Translations under genes and position numbers: made by a program
IMG/VR virus record: IMGVR_UViG_3300043811_000226
Source of the DNA: a virus
Reading direction: 5' to 3' (one strand)
Length of the DNA: 64,000 bases
Shown here: in pieces, positions 44,433 to 55,400 of the stretch
Position numbering within the stretch: position 1 is the first letter of the stretch
Layout: every line of letters starts with the position of its first letter
Notes under the pieces: generated by a model
Database searches by the model: none
Seen by the model: the letters and a program-made list of their open reading frames with translations, nothing else
Told to the model about the DNA's origin: nothing

Positions 44433-45351
44433 GCTTGGGATCCTTCAAAGGTGCGAGGTCCACGGTGTGCTGCCCGGCACTCAGCGCCTTGATGTTGGGC
44501 AGCGGTTTGTTCTCCGTACGCAGCGCGATGGACTCGAGCTGACCGAGAAGCTGGTTCTGCGGGTTCGAGGTCATTTGTAGCATCTCGGAGCTACCGCGTG
44601 CGATGTTCAAGTAGTTCAGGGCCTTCTGGCTGTCGCCAGGTCCGTCTTGGTACACCGCCTCAACAGCGCGGCGCGACGAAACATGCTGCAGGTCGTAGAG
44701 CAGGATCTCGAGGTCCTGCTTGCTGCCTGACATGCCGAGGCGCATCTGCGCCAAGGTGGCCGCCGAAGGGGAGTGCGGCAGATCGGCCGCGACCTTTCGG
44801 GCGCTCTTGTAGTAGGCACCACGGAGCGCGCGGCCCATGCCCTTGAAGACCGGGATGTTGTTGGCCGCGTTGTCGACCCGCCACTGCAGAAGGATCCGCA
44901 TCGTGTCGTTGTCGAGCAGGTCGATGTTCCAGTAGTAATGCTTGTACACCTCAAGCACTTCCACAGTGCAGTACGTCTTGTACTTACGCGTCACGCAGTC
45001 GGCGATGGCGGCGTAAGGGACCTGCGCCAACATCATCGACTCGATGAACTCCCTGACGCGTGGTTTGTCTTTGGCCTCACCTGCAGCACGCATCGAGAGG
45101 TCCGTTTGAAACGCCCGGTTGATGCGTTCTCTGTGGATGAACTGCGACGAAGCCAGGTGCAGACAGTCGTGGGGGTAGAAGGGCTCAGGCCACGGCGGGA
45201 TGCGCGTGCGCACCCAATCGATGTAAGCGAGCGACAGCCAGTCGAGGTCCTCTCCTTCGACGCGCTCCTTGATCTCTTCCGTGGTGTAGGCGTCGGGGTG
45301 GACGATCAGCGCCTTGATGAAGTATTCGGCTGGCGAACGAAGTCGGAACAT
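44377..45351 (-). CDS. Helical hypothetical protein (324 aa); candidate small terminase by position only
   Basis: Two genes upstream of terL on the same strand; no motif confirms the function. Confidence 0.5.
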   Translation of the reverse strand: MFRLRSPAEYFIKALIVHPDAYTTEEIKERVEGEDLDWLSLAYIDWVRTRIPPWPEPFYPHDCLHLASSQFIHRERINRAFQTDLSMRAAGEAKDKPRVREFIESMMLAQVPYAAIADCVTRKYKTYCTVEVLEVYKHYYWNIDLLDNDTMRILLQWRVDNAANNIPVFKGMGRALRGAYYKSARKVAADLPHSPSAATLAQMRLGMSGSKQDLEILLYDLQHVSSRRAVEAVYQDGPGDSQKALNYLNIARGSSEMLQMTSNPQNQLLGQLESIALRTENKPLPNIKALSAGQHTVDLAPLKDPKHDDPSTLEPGPGPGEDRK

Positions 45352-45352
45352 C

Positions 45353-47572
45353 TCACGACTTCTGAAAAGCGAGAATTTTCAAACCTTCGAGCACCTCCTC
45401 GGTGCATCGAATGGCGCGCTCGAGGGCAGGGATGGGGGTCTCCCGGAGACCGAGACGCGCCGCGAGAAGTAGCTCGCACATCTTGAGCTGCGCTTCGTCG
45501 ATGACGGGCATGTACGCGATGAAGGCGCCGAGGTTCTCAGGATTCAGGAACCCAAGAGACAACACCGTGTCGACAGCAACCGGGTCGGGGATGACGGCCG
45601 CTTCCTTGACCAAGTCCTGCTTGAGGTCAGGCATGGTCGAGAGCACTTGCGCGGCCTTCTCGAGCGCCTCGTTCAGCTGGTCGGTGGCGAGCTTGATGTA
45701 CCGTCCAACGCGCACGTCGACGGGAGTGCTCCACGCGGCGGCCTCCCCCAGCTTCTTCTGTGCGTAGCCGAGGTCGGTACCGAGACCGCCGAGAAGAAAC
45801 AGCGTGTCGTCGAGCGACAAGAAGCTCTTCTCGTCGTGCGCGAGCTTGTCGACAGGGAAGCCTCTGAGAGAGAACGTGCTATCCCCTCCACAGCGCACCT
45901 GCACCGTGTGCAGCGCGCGGGCGACAGCGGCCTCTTTGTTGAAGCCCTGCGGGTCGCCGACGAGCTCCGTTTCCTCGGCCTTGTCGAGGGGGAGCCAGCA
46001 GAACGAGTCCGGGACGATGAGCATCGACCCATCCGGCGTCGGAGTGACCGCCTCGAGGTTCGGCTGGACGCTGACCTGGATGGGTCGCCCGTCGAACGTC
46101 TCGGCATGGAAGACGACCCCGCCGGCGCCGTCCGCGCCTTCCTCGGGAGCATCCATCGAGGCCTTGAGCGTCATGGGGACGGTCGCCTCAGCACGTCCGT
46201 TCGAGAGCAGGTGGTAGAAGACTCCCATTCCCGACGGCTTGCCTTCGAACAGGCTCGCCCCTCCGCCCACATTGATGCCGGCGATGTCGCCTTGAAGCGC
46301 CATCTGGCTGCCGTTGGTGAAGAGGGCGATGGGCAGTGCCGTCCCATCGATGTCGATGAGGTTCGGGAAGACGTAGCCGATGAGGTGACATCCCTGACTG
46401 TCCTGCACCTTGTAGATGCCGAACTGGCTGACGAGCTCCGCCTTGTCCGCTTCGGGGCTCTCCTTCTCCGCCACGCCCTCCCCTACCGTCAGCGTGGCCG
46501 AGCCGGTCGTATCGGCCGCGAGGACGACCTTCTCCCCGAGAAGGCGAACGGCCTGCCCGCGGTCGAGGGTCTGCTCTTCTGGCAGCCAGCAACCAAACGA
46601 CGCCGTCTTGAGCGAGTAGCCCTCGTCTTCTTTGCGAAGCTGCGCCACCGTCGGCTTGAGCTGGATGAGCGCCGCGGCGGCGAGCTTGCGCGACTCGACG
46701 GGCGTGAACTCCGACAGCACCTTCAGGGAATCACGCGTAGCCGCGCCGTTGGCGAGGTACTGCGCCTGCAGCCCATGGTCGTCGGCGAGCTTCTGAAAGA
46801 AGGCCTCGTAGTCGCGCGCATTGATGGTCGGCAGGATGCTCTCGAGGATGGAGGCTGCCTTGGTCGCGCGCTGCGCTGCAATGTTGCCAGCGAGCAGGTA
46901 CTTCTGCCCTTTGGCAGCCTCGCCTCCTGCGACTTGCTGCGCACCACGACCAAGCAGCGAACGCGAAGCGCTAGCCAAGGAGTGCGGGTCAGTCTGCTTC
47001 TTCAGATAGGAACCGAGCGTGGAAGGGGAAAGGGCTTCCTTGTTCTCCCCCTCCTTGCCCATGCCCACGTTCATCGTGGCGCCACCACCACCGAAGCCGT
47101 AGTTCTGGCGGTACGGCGGGTAGAGCTGGCCGATCATCGACATGTCGCCGGGCCCACGGCCCGTGATGTCGAAGACCTGCGGGCGGAAGATAGCCTGGCG
47201 AAGGCGCGGCTCGGTGAGCGGCATGACCTTCGAGTCAGTTGTGACAACGAGGTCGAGTGGCTGGAGCTTGCGGTCCTTGATGATGACCGGAATGCGCGCG
47301 CTGCGAATGCCGGCGGCGTCCATCGCCTCGGGCTCGGCGCCGTGCTGGATCTCCGTCTTGTTCTGGATCTCGACGTGGCCAAACCCATAGCCTCGCTCGG
47401 CGTCGACGCGGTCCATCGTCACGTGCGGCTCGAAATCCGCGGCGTAAGGAACCTGCTTGAACAGCTCCTGCATCAACTCGTTCGGCCACGCGTTCGCGTC
47501 CTCCGGAAGCATGACCTCTGTGGCCACCTTCTCGAAGTGGACGTCGGGCTCGAAGAACAAAGGCTGGGCCAT
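45353..47572 (-). CDS. Large putative internal head protein (739 aa) with K-x-A motifs
   Basis: KVAT, KAAS, KLAA, KTAS, KEAA (x2), KLAH, KLAT, KAAQ; AGGAG upstream. Confidence 0.75.
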   Translation of the reverse strand: MAQPLFFEPDVHFEKVATEVMLPEDANAWPNELMQELFKQVPYAADFEPHVTMDRVDAERGYGFGHVEIQNKTEIQHGAEPEAMDAAGIRSARIPVIIKDRKLQPLDLVVTTDSKVMPLTEPRLRQAIFRPQVFDITGRGPGDMSMIGQLYPPYRQNYGFGGGGATMNVGMGKEGENKEALSPSTLGSYLKKQTDPHSLASASRSLLGRGAQQVAGGEAAKGQKYLLAGNIAAQRATKAASILESILPTINARDYEAFFQKLADDHGLQAQYLANGAATRDSLKVLSEFTPVESRKLAAAALIQLKPTVAQLRKEDEGYSLKTASFGCWLPEEQTLDRGQAVRLLGEKVVLAADTTGSATLTVGEGVAEKESPEADKAELVSQFGIYKVQDSQGCHLIGYVFPNLIDIDGTALPIALFTNGSQMALQGDIAGINVGGGASLFEGKPSGMGVFYHLLSNGRAEATVPMTLKASMDAPEEGADGAGGVVFHAETFDGRPIQVSVQPNLEAVTPTPDGSMLIVPDSFCWLPLDKAEETELVGDPQGFNKEAAVARALHTVQVRCGGDSTFSLRGFPVDKLAHDEKSFLSLDDTLFLLGGLGTDLGYAQKKLGEAAAWSTPVDVRVGRYIKLATDQLNEALEKAAQVLSTMPDLKQDLVKEAAVIPDPVAVDTVLSLGFLNPENLGAFIAYMPVIDEAQLKMCELLLAARLGLRETPIPALERAIRCTEEVLEGLKILAFQKS

Positions 47573-47581
47573 GAGCGTCTC

Positions 47582-48205
47582 CTATACCGTTCGGATGATA
47601 CCAGCCAGGGCGACCGAGGCAGAAGGGACCTTGGTCAGCATGATGACACCGAACACCTGCTCGAAAGGCAGGATGCCACCGATACCGCCAGAAACAAGAG
47701 CTGCGTACTCCGCCACCGAGCTGGCGAGAGTCGAAGGCGAAGCGTAGCCCACCGATAGAAGAACAAGAGGACCCGCCGATAGGTTGAAGCCTGCAAGCAG
47801 GTTCACCAGCGGCAGCTTCACGGACAGAACCGCTTCGATGAGGAACTTGATGCCGCCTATGCGAAGAGAGATCGCACCACCGAGGGAGAAGGACACACCG
47901 AGCGGAGGCAAGATGGGAAGACCGAGAGACAACGCGGCAGCGATGCTCGCCTGCACCTGCAACACCGACGCAAGAAGCGTCTTCAAGTAGGCGATGGGGT
48001 CGACGATCTGCAAAGAGAATGTGACCTGCGCCGCAAGGGCAGCTTGAAGCTGTGCTTGCAAGTCCGCGATGAGAGAACCGAGCCCGAAGGGACCCGTCAG
48101 CATCAGGTCGACTTGTGCCAGCAAGGGACCGATGAGCCCTACCGTTGTGCTCAGCCCGACGTTGATACCTCCAAGGGGCAGGTCGGCGATGAAGACGGTG
48201 CTCAA
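47582..48205 (-). CDS. Very hydrophobic helical protein downstream of the spike (207 aa, TTG start)
   Basis: Almost charge-free L/A/V/G/S/P sequence; TTGA overlap with the spike stop. Confidence 0.7.
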   Translation of the reverse strand: MSTVFIADLPLGGINVGLSTTVGLIGPLLAQVDLMLTGPFGLGSLIADLQAQLQAALAAQVTFSLQIVDPIAYLKTLLASVLQVQASIAAALSLGLPILPPLGVSFSLGGAISLRIGGIKFLIEAVLSVKLPLVNLLAGFNLSAGPLVLLSVGYASPSTLASSVAEYAALVSGGIGGILPFEQVFGVIMLTKVPSASVALAGIIRTV

Positions 48206-49452
48206 GCAAGAACCTTGTTGTTACCTGTGGCGATGGTGCCGGGTAGAGGCAACGCCGGCGGACACTGAATCGTTGCCGCACACGGGGTTCCTGGTGTAGG
48301 CGGATTGGAAAACGTGAGGATGACTGGGGCTGGTACAAGTAGAGGCAAAATGACCTGGTCGCCTAGACGGGCCACGGCTGTCAGTCCCGCCCCCAGACGA
48401 ACGGTGTCTCCCTTGATGTGCGAGTACGCACCTCCATCGATGTCGAAGCCGCTTCCCGCCGTCATCTGCGCGTTGCCGCCGAAGTGCCCCTCGAAGTCGC
48501 CCTTCACCTTGAAGGTGAGCTTCTTGTCGACCTGGAGGAGCATGTTGCCCTCCGTGCGCATGAGCGTGTTGCCTGTGCGGTCGAACGTGAACTTGAAGAC
48601 CGAGTTGGCGATGGTGGCCTGACTCGCTGTCTCCCCGCTCTCCGCCACGAAGCCTTTGGGGCTGACGGTCACCTCAAAGATGATGGGGTTCTTGCCCTTG
48701 CCGTCATCGCCTTGACCGACCCCCGCCTCCGCCAAGTTCTGCCCCCCATCCGGTTCGGGTATGGGCGCGAAGACCTTGCCGCAAGCGAGCTTCACATCAG
48801 CAAACTGGTCGGTCGAGAAGACCCGAAAGGTCTGCATGTACTGACCGGGGATCTGTGTCTGGGAGGGTCCTTCCTGGATGCCCCACACAACGGAGCCCGC
48901 AGAGTTGTGGTGCTCGTAGTTCTCGCTGATGTCCTCGACCAGGTTGTTGAGCGGGATGAAGATGCGCTGAGCGAGCTCGGTTGCACCGATCTGCAGTACA
49001 CCCCCTCGATGCAGGATGACGAAGTTGCCGTCACGCGTGCGCATGACGATGTCACCGGGCTTGGGCTGCAGGCGTCCGCCGGCGAAGGTGGCGTCGGTTG
49101 TGTTGGCAGGCTGCTGTGCATGTGATGTCGTACCGGCCGGCGCGTCGTCACTCGCGTCGTCGATGGTCTCGGACGCCATGAGGAACATGCTGACGTACGG
49201 CGGTGAGCTGTCCGATGGGACGGTGACCGTGCACGTCGCGCCGACTTCTGGAAAGACGTACACGCCCTCCCCGTTCGAGTGGTGCAAGTAGAGACCACCC
49301 ACCTGGATGTCGAAGTACTTCTTGCGGTCGAACTGTGCGTTGACGTCGACCGTCCACTTCACGAGGTTGATGTTCGTGATCCGTCCCTGAATTACGCGCG
49401 CTGGGTCGTGACCCTCTACGTGCGTGAAGGACGTTCTGAACTTCGAGGCCAT
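48202..49452 (-). CDS. Baseplate central spike (gp5/gpV/VgrG-like) with PAAR-like C-terminus (416 aa)
   Basis: OB-fold-type N-terminus (QGRITNIN..WTVDV..GVYVFPEVGATCTV), beta-helix-like repeats (KLTFKVKGDFEGHFGGNAQMTAG), terminal VARLGD...GTIATGNNKV. Confidence 0.75.
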   Translation of the reverse strand: MASKFRTSFTHVEGHDPARVIQGRITNINLVKWTVDVNAQFDRKKYFDIQVGGLYLHHSNGEGVYVFPEVGATCTVTVPSDSSPPYVSMFLMASETIDDASDDAPAGTTSHAQQPANTTDATFAGGRLQPKPGDIVMRTRDGNFVILHRGGVLQIGATELAQRIFIPLNNLVEDISENYEHHNSAGSVVWGIQEGPSQTQIPGQYMQTFRVFSTDQFADVKLACGKVFAPIPEPDGGQNLAEAGVGQGDDGKGKNPIIFEVTVSPKGFVAESGETASQATIANSVFKFTFDRTGNTLMRTEGNMLLQVDKKLTFKVKGDFEGHFGGNAQMTAGSGFDIDGGAYSHIKGDTVRLGAGLTAVARLGDQVILPLLVPAPVILTFSNPPTPGTPCAATIQCPPALPLPGTIATGNNKVLA

Positions 49453-49455
49453 CGG

Positions 49456-52400
49456 CTAGTAGTGGTGGGACGGTACAGCCTTCAGGTGCTCTCGCCCAGG
49501 CACCAGAGAGTCCTTCTTCGTCAGCCCAAACTCGGCCCCAAAAGCCACGCCCGGCACAGGATGCGTTCCGTGGAGGTGCGATACGCCGGCAGTTGCTGCT
49601 GCATCCAGCAACGTCGCACGAAGCTTCTCGTGCTGCAACTTCGCCATCCAGTCTTCTTGCATCTCGAGGGGTAGGGCCGTGATGCCCTTGAGCACGGGGG
49701 TGTGTTCTATGGGAGTGAGTCCTTGCGCCGCGAGCTCCTTGTTCCTCTTGTTGACCGAGGTCAAAGGACGGTACTCCCCTGGTAGAACATCTGGGTGACC
49801 ACCGGGGTCGACGACGCGGGTGAGGTTACTCATTGCCTTGACCACGGTCTCGACCGCGCGACGCTTGATGTCGGTCTCCTTGTACAACCCGTAGATCTCG
49901 TTGGACAGATGGTTCTGCACCTTCTCCATGGAACCGGTGGCCTCATAGATGCGGTGCGGGTTGGCGAACGTGCGGTTCGGGTCCGAGAGATGATCTCCTG
50001 CTGTTACGTGCATTCCTACAGCAGGAGGCTTCCATGCCTTGTAGCCGACAAGTGCCTCGGCGTTGGGAAGATTTTTGTGCAAGGGCAGACCACTGTCGTC
50101 CTTGCCGACGTGGTGCCGCCGATTGTTCACGAAGACGTCGACGCCCGTAGCCGTTGGCTGCACCTTGTCGATGGTCCCGGAAACCATGGCGAGCGATGCC
50201 TCGTTCGGCAGCTCGTCGTGAAGCTCCATCAGTTGCTTGAACCGAGAGAAGGAGGAAAGAAGCTTCGAGCCGTGTTGTTCGCCAACGCCCCCCATGTGGA
50301 AGCTCTTGAGCGTGAGTTGCATGGCACGTTCGCCGACCGCATGCGCTGAATGCACGCCCACGTTCGTTCCGAGGTCGTGATGCTGCCCGCCGGCACTGAG
50401 CCCCATACACTTTTGGCAGATGCCCTTCTCGCTCTCGCACTTGAGCGGTGAGCGAACAAGAAGCGTTCCGTTAGGCTTGGCGGCCTTCACCTTACTGACG
50501 AGGTCCGGTGTCAGAAGCGTTCCGGCAGGAATGTGCAGCTTGCCGTGAGAGAAATCCTGCTGCAAGTAGCGGTCGTGTATGTCCGGCTCGTTGATATCGA
50601 GCGCGATGCCTTTGCTGGTACCGCAATCGTGCTCGTCTACGAGCATGTGCATCATGTTGTTCATGAGCCGCTTGGACATGTACCCAGGCTCGCTCACTTC
50701 CTGCACCTTCATGACCGCACCGCGCCGTGCGCCGTGCATCTGCGTCCAGTAACCGCCCAGATCCAGGCCTTCGGAGTAGCTCCTGGTGACTGGAGTCGCG
50801 ATCTCCTTGTCGTTCGAATCCTTGTAGATCATAGGAGCGATGACCATCTGCTTGTAGTTGTCCCAGCCCGGCTTCACACCCGCACGGTACATCGTGAAGA
50901 GGTTGGTCGGATCCTTGTCCTGCTTCTTCTCATGCAGGGCACGCATCTCCTTGTCCGCCTTCTTGTAGAGGACGAGAGCCTGCTGATCCTTCTCAGCCTG
51001 GGAGAGACGCGAGTTGTGCTCGATGACGTCGACCTGCTTCATCACCGGGGCGAGTACGTGGTCACGCACCTGAGTGTCGGGCGTGAAATCGGCCAAGGAT
51101 AGCGTGTGCGCTCCCATGGGAACGAAGACCGACTTCTCCTTGATCGCCACGGGCGTCTTATCGAGCGTTTTGAAGAGGAGCTTGTGACCTGCACTCGTAG
51201 GCTGCGGTATGTCGACCACGCCAAAGGCCGCGCCGTTGCCCAGGTCCTTCAGCTTGTTGACGGCCTCCCCATACTGCGGTGCGTGCTCTTTGGCGACCTG
51301 TGTGAGTAGGGTGTCGAGACCACCTTTGTTGATGCGGTAGTCGAGGTTGTGCAACGTGTGCGTCTGCATGTCCGCGGGCAGGGCGCTCGAGAGCAGAACA
51401 CGACCTGCCGTGGTCTTCTTTCCACCCAGGTGCACCACATCGTTCACGTGCAAGCTGCCGCTACGTACGGCATCGAGGATGCTGCCGGGGTGGTCGAACT
51501 TTTTTCCCGTGTCCTTGCCAACCAACGACAGCTTGTAGAGGCCGAGGGCGCTCTCGAGCGTCGGCTGGTACATGACCTTGCCGCTCGCCTCGCTGAAGAG
51601 GTTGTTCGACGGGAACATCTTGTGCGCCTCTTCGAGCGCTTCGCGCGTGATGGGCACGAAGGCACTCATCGTGTCGCCGTCGAAGTCGGCGTTGAAGCCG
51701 CCAGTCACAAGCGGGTGGATCTTGATGGCGCTGCCCTCGACTGGACGGGCCTTGAAGGCCTGCACGCTGTACTTGTGCAGGGCCGGGTCGCGCTTCAGAA
51801 GGAGAGGGCGCTTGTCCATCACCCGGTCAAGAGCACGCCAGACCTGCGGCGTCTTCTTGGCGAGAGCCGCAGGTCCCTGCATCTCGTTCTGAATGGCGCC
51901 CATCTCCTTGAGCTCGCGCACGACGAAGGGGCGGTACAGGTCCAGTGCGGCATGCCTGGGGATCCCCACTTCATCAAGTCCGAGCGCGGGCTCCGGAACG
52001 ATGGTGGACCGCATCGTCAGGTCCTGACGCCGGTTGATGAGAACGTCCTGGAAGAAGCCATGCTTAGGCGAGCTCCCCGTGATCTCGTGGAGAAGCCCCT
52101 TGTGCGGAACCTCCGCATACGTGCCGAAGCCCATGATGGCCTTGACGCCATCGTAGTAGTCGCGGCGTAGATCCTTCTTGCCCTCGTCGGTGAGGTTCTT
52201 GGAGAGAACCGGGTCCTTCAGCTTGTCGTTGACCTTGGCGAAGTCCGAGTAGAGCGAGTTGATGTCGTGGAACCGTACGTTGCCATCAGGCAGCATCGAG
52301 ACCGGACGCATGATGGGTGGCAGCACAGGTAGCTGGTGAAGTACGTACGCCTCGCTCGGCTTCATGCCTGTCTGGCTGAGTGCACGCAAGTACTTCACCT

Positions 52401-55400
52401 TTTTCAGGCCCTGGTCGAGCTTGGCGCCCTTGACTCCCTTGAGAGCCGCGGTCGCCTTGGGGAGCTCCTTGTTCACGTCGACGCGGTTCAGAAGAAGCTC
52501 GATGCCGGCGCCGCCAGTGACACCGGCGTCGACGCTCGTGACGTGACCGTTCGCCGTAACTCCCTTGTCTCCGTGTACGACCGCCATGAAGTCGTTCTTG
52601 GAGAGGCCCGTCAGAGCACGAATGGGCGTCTCGAAGATGGGGTTGGGCACTGGCTCGGAGAGACGAATGCGTGACCAGCGACGGCCTCCATGGCCTCCTG
52701 TGATCCCCTCGTCGAACAAGCCACCCGGCTTGACTTTCGGGATGCCACTCTTGTCTAGCTTCGAAGAGAGGATGTCGGCGGGGTTGGGCAGCTCTTTCTT
52801 CGCCAGGTTGAGCACGTGCTCGTCTGTCATCGGCGTCAGAACGAAGTCGTTGCCCTTCTTGTCCATGTTCACACCCATGCCGCGAAGCATGTCGGTGAAC
52901 TTCTGGAAGGCGAAGGCGGGCTTCGGCGTGGGCAGAGGAGCACCTGTCTGAATGGCCGCCCAGATCTTGTCGTGGTCACTCGGCCAACGCTTGCTCGGAT
53001 CAGACTGCGGATCGCGCCCCTCCGACTTGTACGTCTGCATCTCGCGGATGTTCGCCTTCGCTCCATGCGCGAGGAGCGCGTAGAGGCCGAGCGTGCCCAT
53101 GGACTGGCCTCCTGTACCGGAACCACCTGTAGGCTGCAGATTCGTATCGTAGTGCTCCTGCGCTCCTCCGCGCAGGTCCATACCGCTTCGTACTGAGAGC
53201 TTCTTCTCGACCTGGTGGGCCAGCTTCAAGTGGTGCTGTGGTCCCACCATCACCTTGCCCAGACTCTGCTTGGTGGCCGGATCGAAAAGCTCCTCGGTGT
53301 CTGAGAGACCGTGCGCTTTGAGCGCGGCGCGCACCTCCGCCAAGCTGTCGACGTTCGGTGCGAAGTTGCGGACGATGTAGGGCTTATGTGTCTTCTCTGC
53401 AATCTTGCCGGCCGCCGTCTCGAGCAGCTGGCCAACGTTCATGCGCCCCGGCACGCCGCTAGGATTGAGCGCCACTTCGACGTGCTTGCCGTCCTTGGTG
53501 TGCGGCATCTCCTGGTCAGGCAGGATCATCGTGACGATGCCCTTGTTGCCGTAGCGCCCGGCCATCTTGTCGCCGACCTGCATCGGCTCGACCGTACGTA
53601 CATGCACGGACAGGCCGTCTTTGCCTTTGTGCACCCCAACGACCTCACCCTCGAAGTCGCTGTCCCAGAGAAGACTCTTGTTCGTGTGCCCTCCGCTCAT
53701 GCTCTTGCGGATGGCAGCGAGGCCGGTCCTGTCTTTCAGGTTGTACGGCTTCATCGCCGCGATGAGCGGGTCGCCAGGCTTGACCTTGGTGCCCACTTTT
53801 ATGACGCCATCGTCGTCGAGGCGTGCGTACTGCTCCTTGCTAAAGAGACCTGGATGCTCGAGGTGGAACTTCTTCTTGCTCAGCACCAGGTCCGAATCGA
53901 GCGGCAGCGAGTGCTTCTGCAAGTGCTCGCTCGAGAGCTTCTCGGCAGCACTCTCTGAAATGACGATGCCGTCCTCGAAGTTGTATCCCTTGAAGGGAAT
54001 GTACGCGGTGCGCAAGTTGGTACCAAGCGCGAGGTCGCCGTTCTTCGAGTAGTTCGTGTCCGCGATGATCTGCCCCGCCTTCACCGAGTCTCCGGCTTTC
54101 ACGAGAGTCGTCGAGTGCATGACCCCCTTCGCATCATTGAGCGGGTAGTTGTTGTAGAGCTGCACCTCGTGCTTCTGTCCGCCCTTGTCCTCGAGGATGA
54201 TGGCGTCCTTCTTCACGTCGAGGACCTTGCCGTCGACAAGGGACGCATGTGACGACTGCCGCCCCATCATCCCTTCGAACGTCGGCGAAGACTTCATCCC
54301 CGTTCCCACCTGCACGAGTGGTGCTTGCCGATGTACGAGGGAGACGGCTTGCTCCATCTGACGACTGGCCATCGAAGCCCGCCCGCCGCTCGTGTTGCCG
54401 AGGAAAGGGATGAGGTTCGACGTCGGGTTGAACAGCTGCCATGCGTGCGGCATCACGTAAGTGGCATCCTCGAACTTGCCGTCTCGGATCTCGTTTCCGG
54501 GCGTGCTCATTCGAACGGTCTTGGCGATGGGCTTCGGCTTGCCGCCCTCCCAGGTCACTTGATCAGGAAGAACAACACTCGCGTGCATAAACTTCGTGGG
54601 CGAGACGAGCTCCGTCTCGCCTGTGCGAAGGTTGTGCAGACGAATCTTGACCTCGTGTCCCTCCTTCTTGATCCCGATGGGCATGCGCAGCGTGACGCCC
54701 GTCTTCTCCCCTTCCGGTGTATTGATGGGATCGAGGAACCCGAGATGGCTCGGGTCGACGAACTTGGCGTTGTAGGTGATGGAGCGCTCGTTCTTGATGC
54801 CGCCCGTCCCCATCACGGTCGTCTGCAGCGCCGACGAGATCATTTCGACGGGGTTGTACTGAGACGGTACGCGCGCAGAGCTGTTCTTGTGGAAGGACTC
54901 CTTGAGCGGCCGGTTGAACAAGTCGAACTTGATGACGTCTCGGATGTCCTTGGCGGTGTTGATCTTGCGCGACGTCTTCTCCTGGATGTTGCGGTTGGCG
55001 TAGCGAAGGGCGTCGTTGGCGTAGTCGCCCACCGTACGCAGATCCTTGAAGACGAGTGAGTCGCGGTCGTCCTCAGGATGTCCAGCGTGCACCTTCAGTA
55101 ACTTCTGCGTCGCGAGGCGCAGCGCTTCACCCGTCACGTTGGTGAACGGCTTGCCGACCGTGACTTCGGTCGCGTCAGGACGAAGCGTCGACGCGGACAT
55201 CCGGTCGTAGAAATGCGTCGCTGCAGTCTCTCGATCCGGAGCTGCGGTCTTCTTGGTCGTTCGGTAGAAAGAATCGAGCACGCCGGACGCACCACGCGCG
55301 TTCTTGTTCGCCTCGAGCACTTCTTTGCCCCAGGCCTTCTCGAGGTCGTGGTCCTCCACCCCCATCGTCTTGAGCAGGTGGTAGAGCGGCATGTGCGTCT

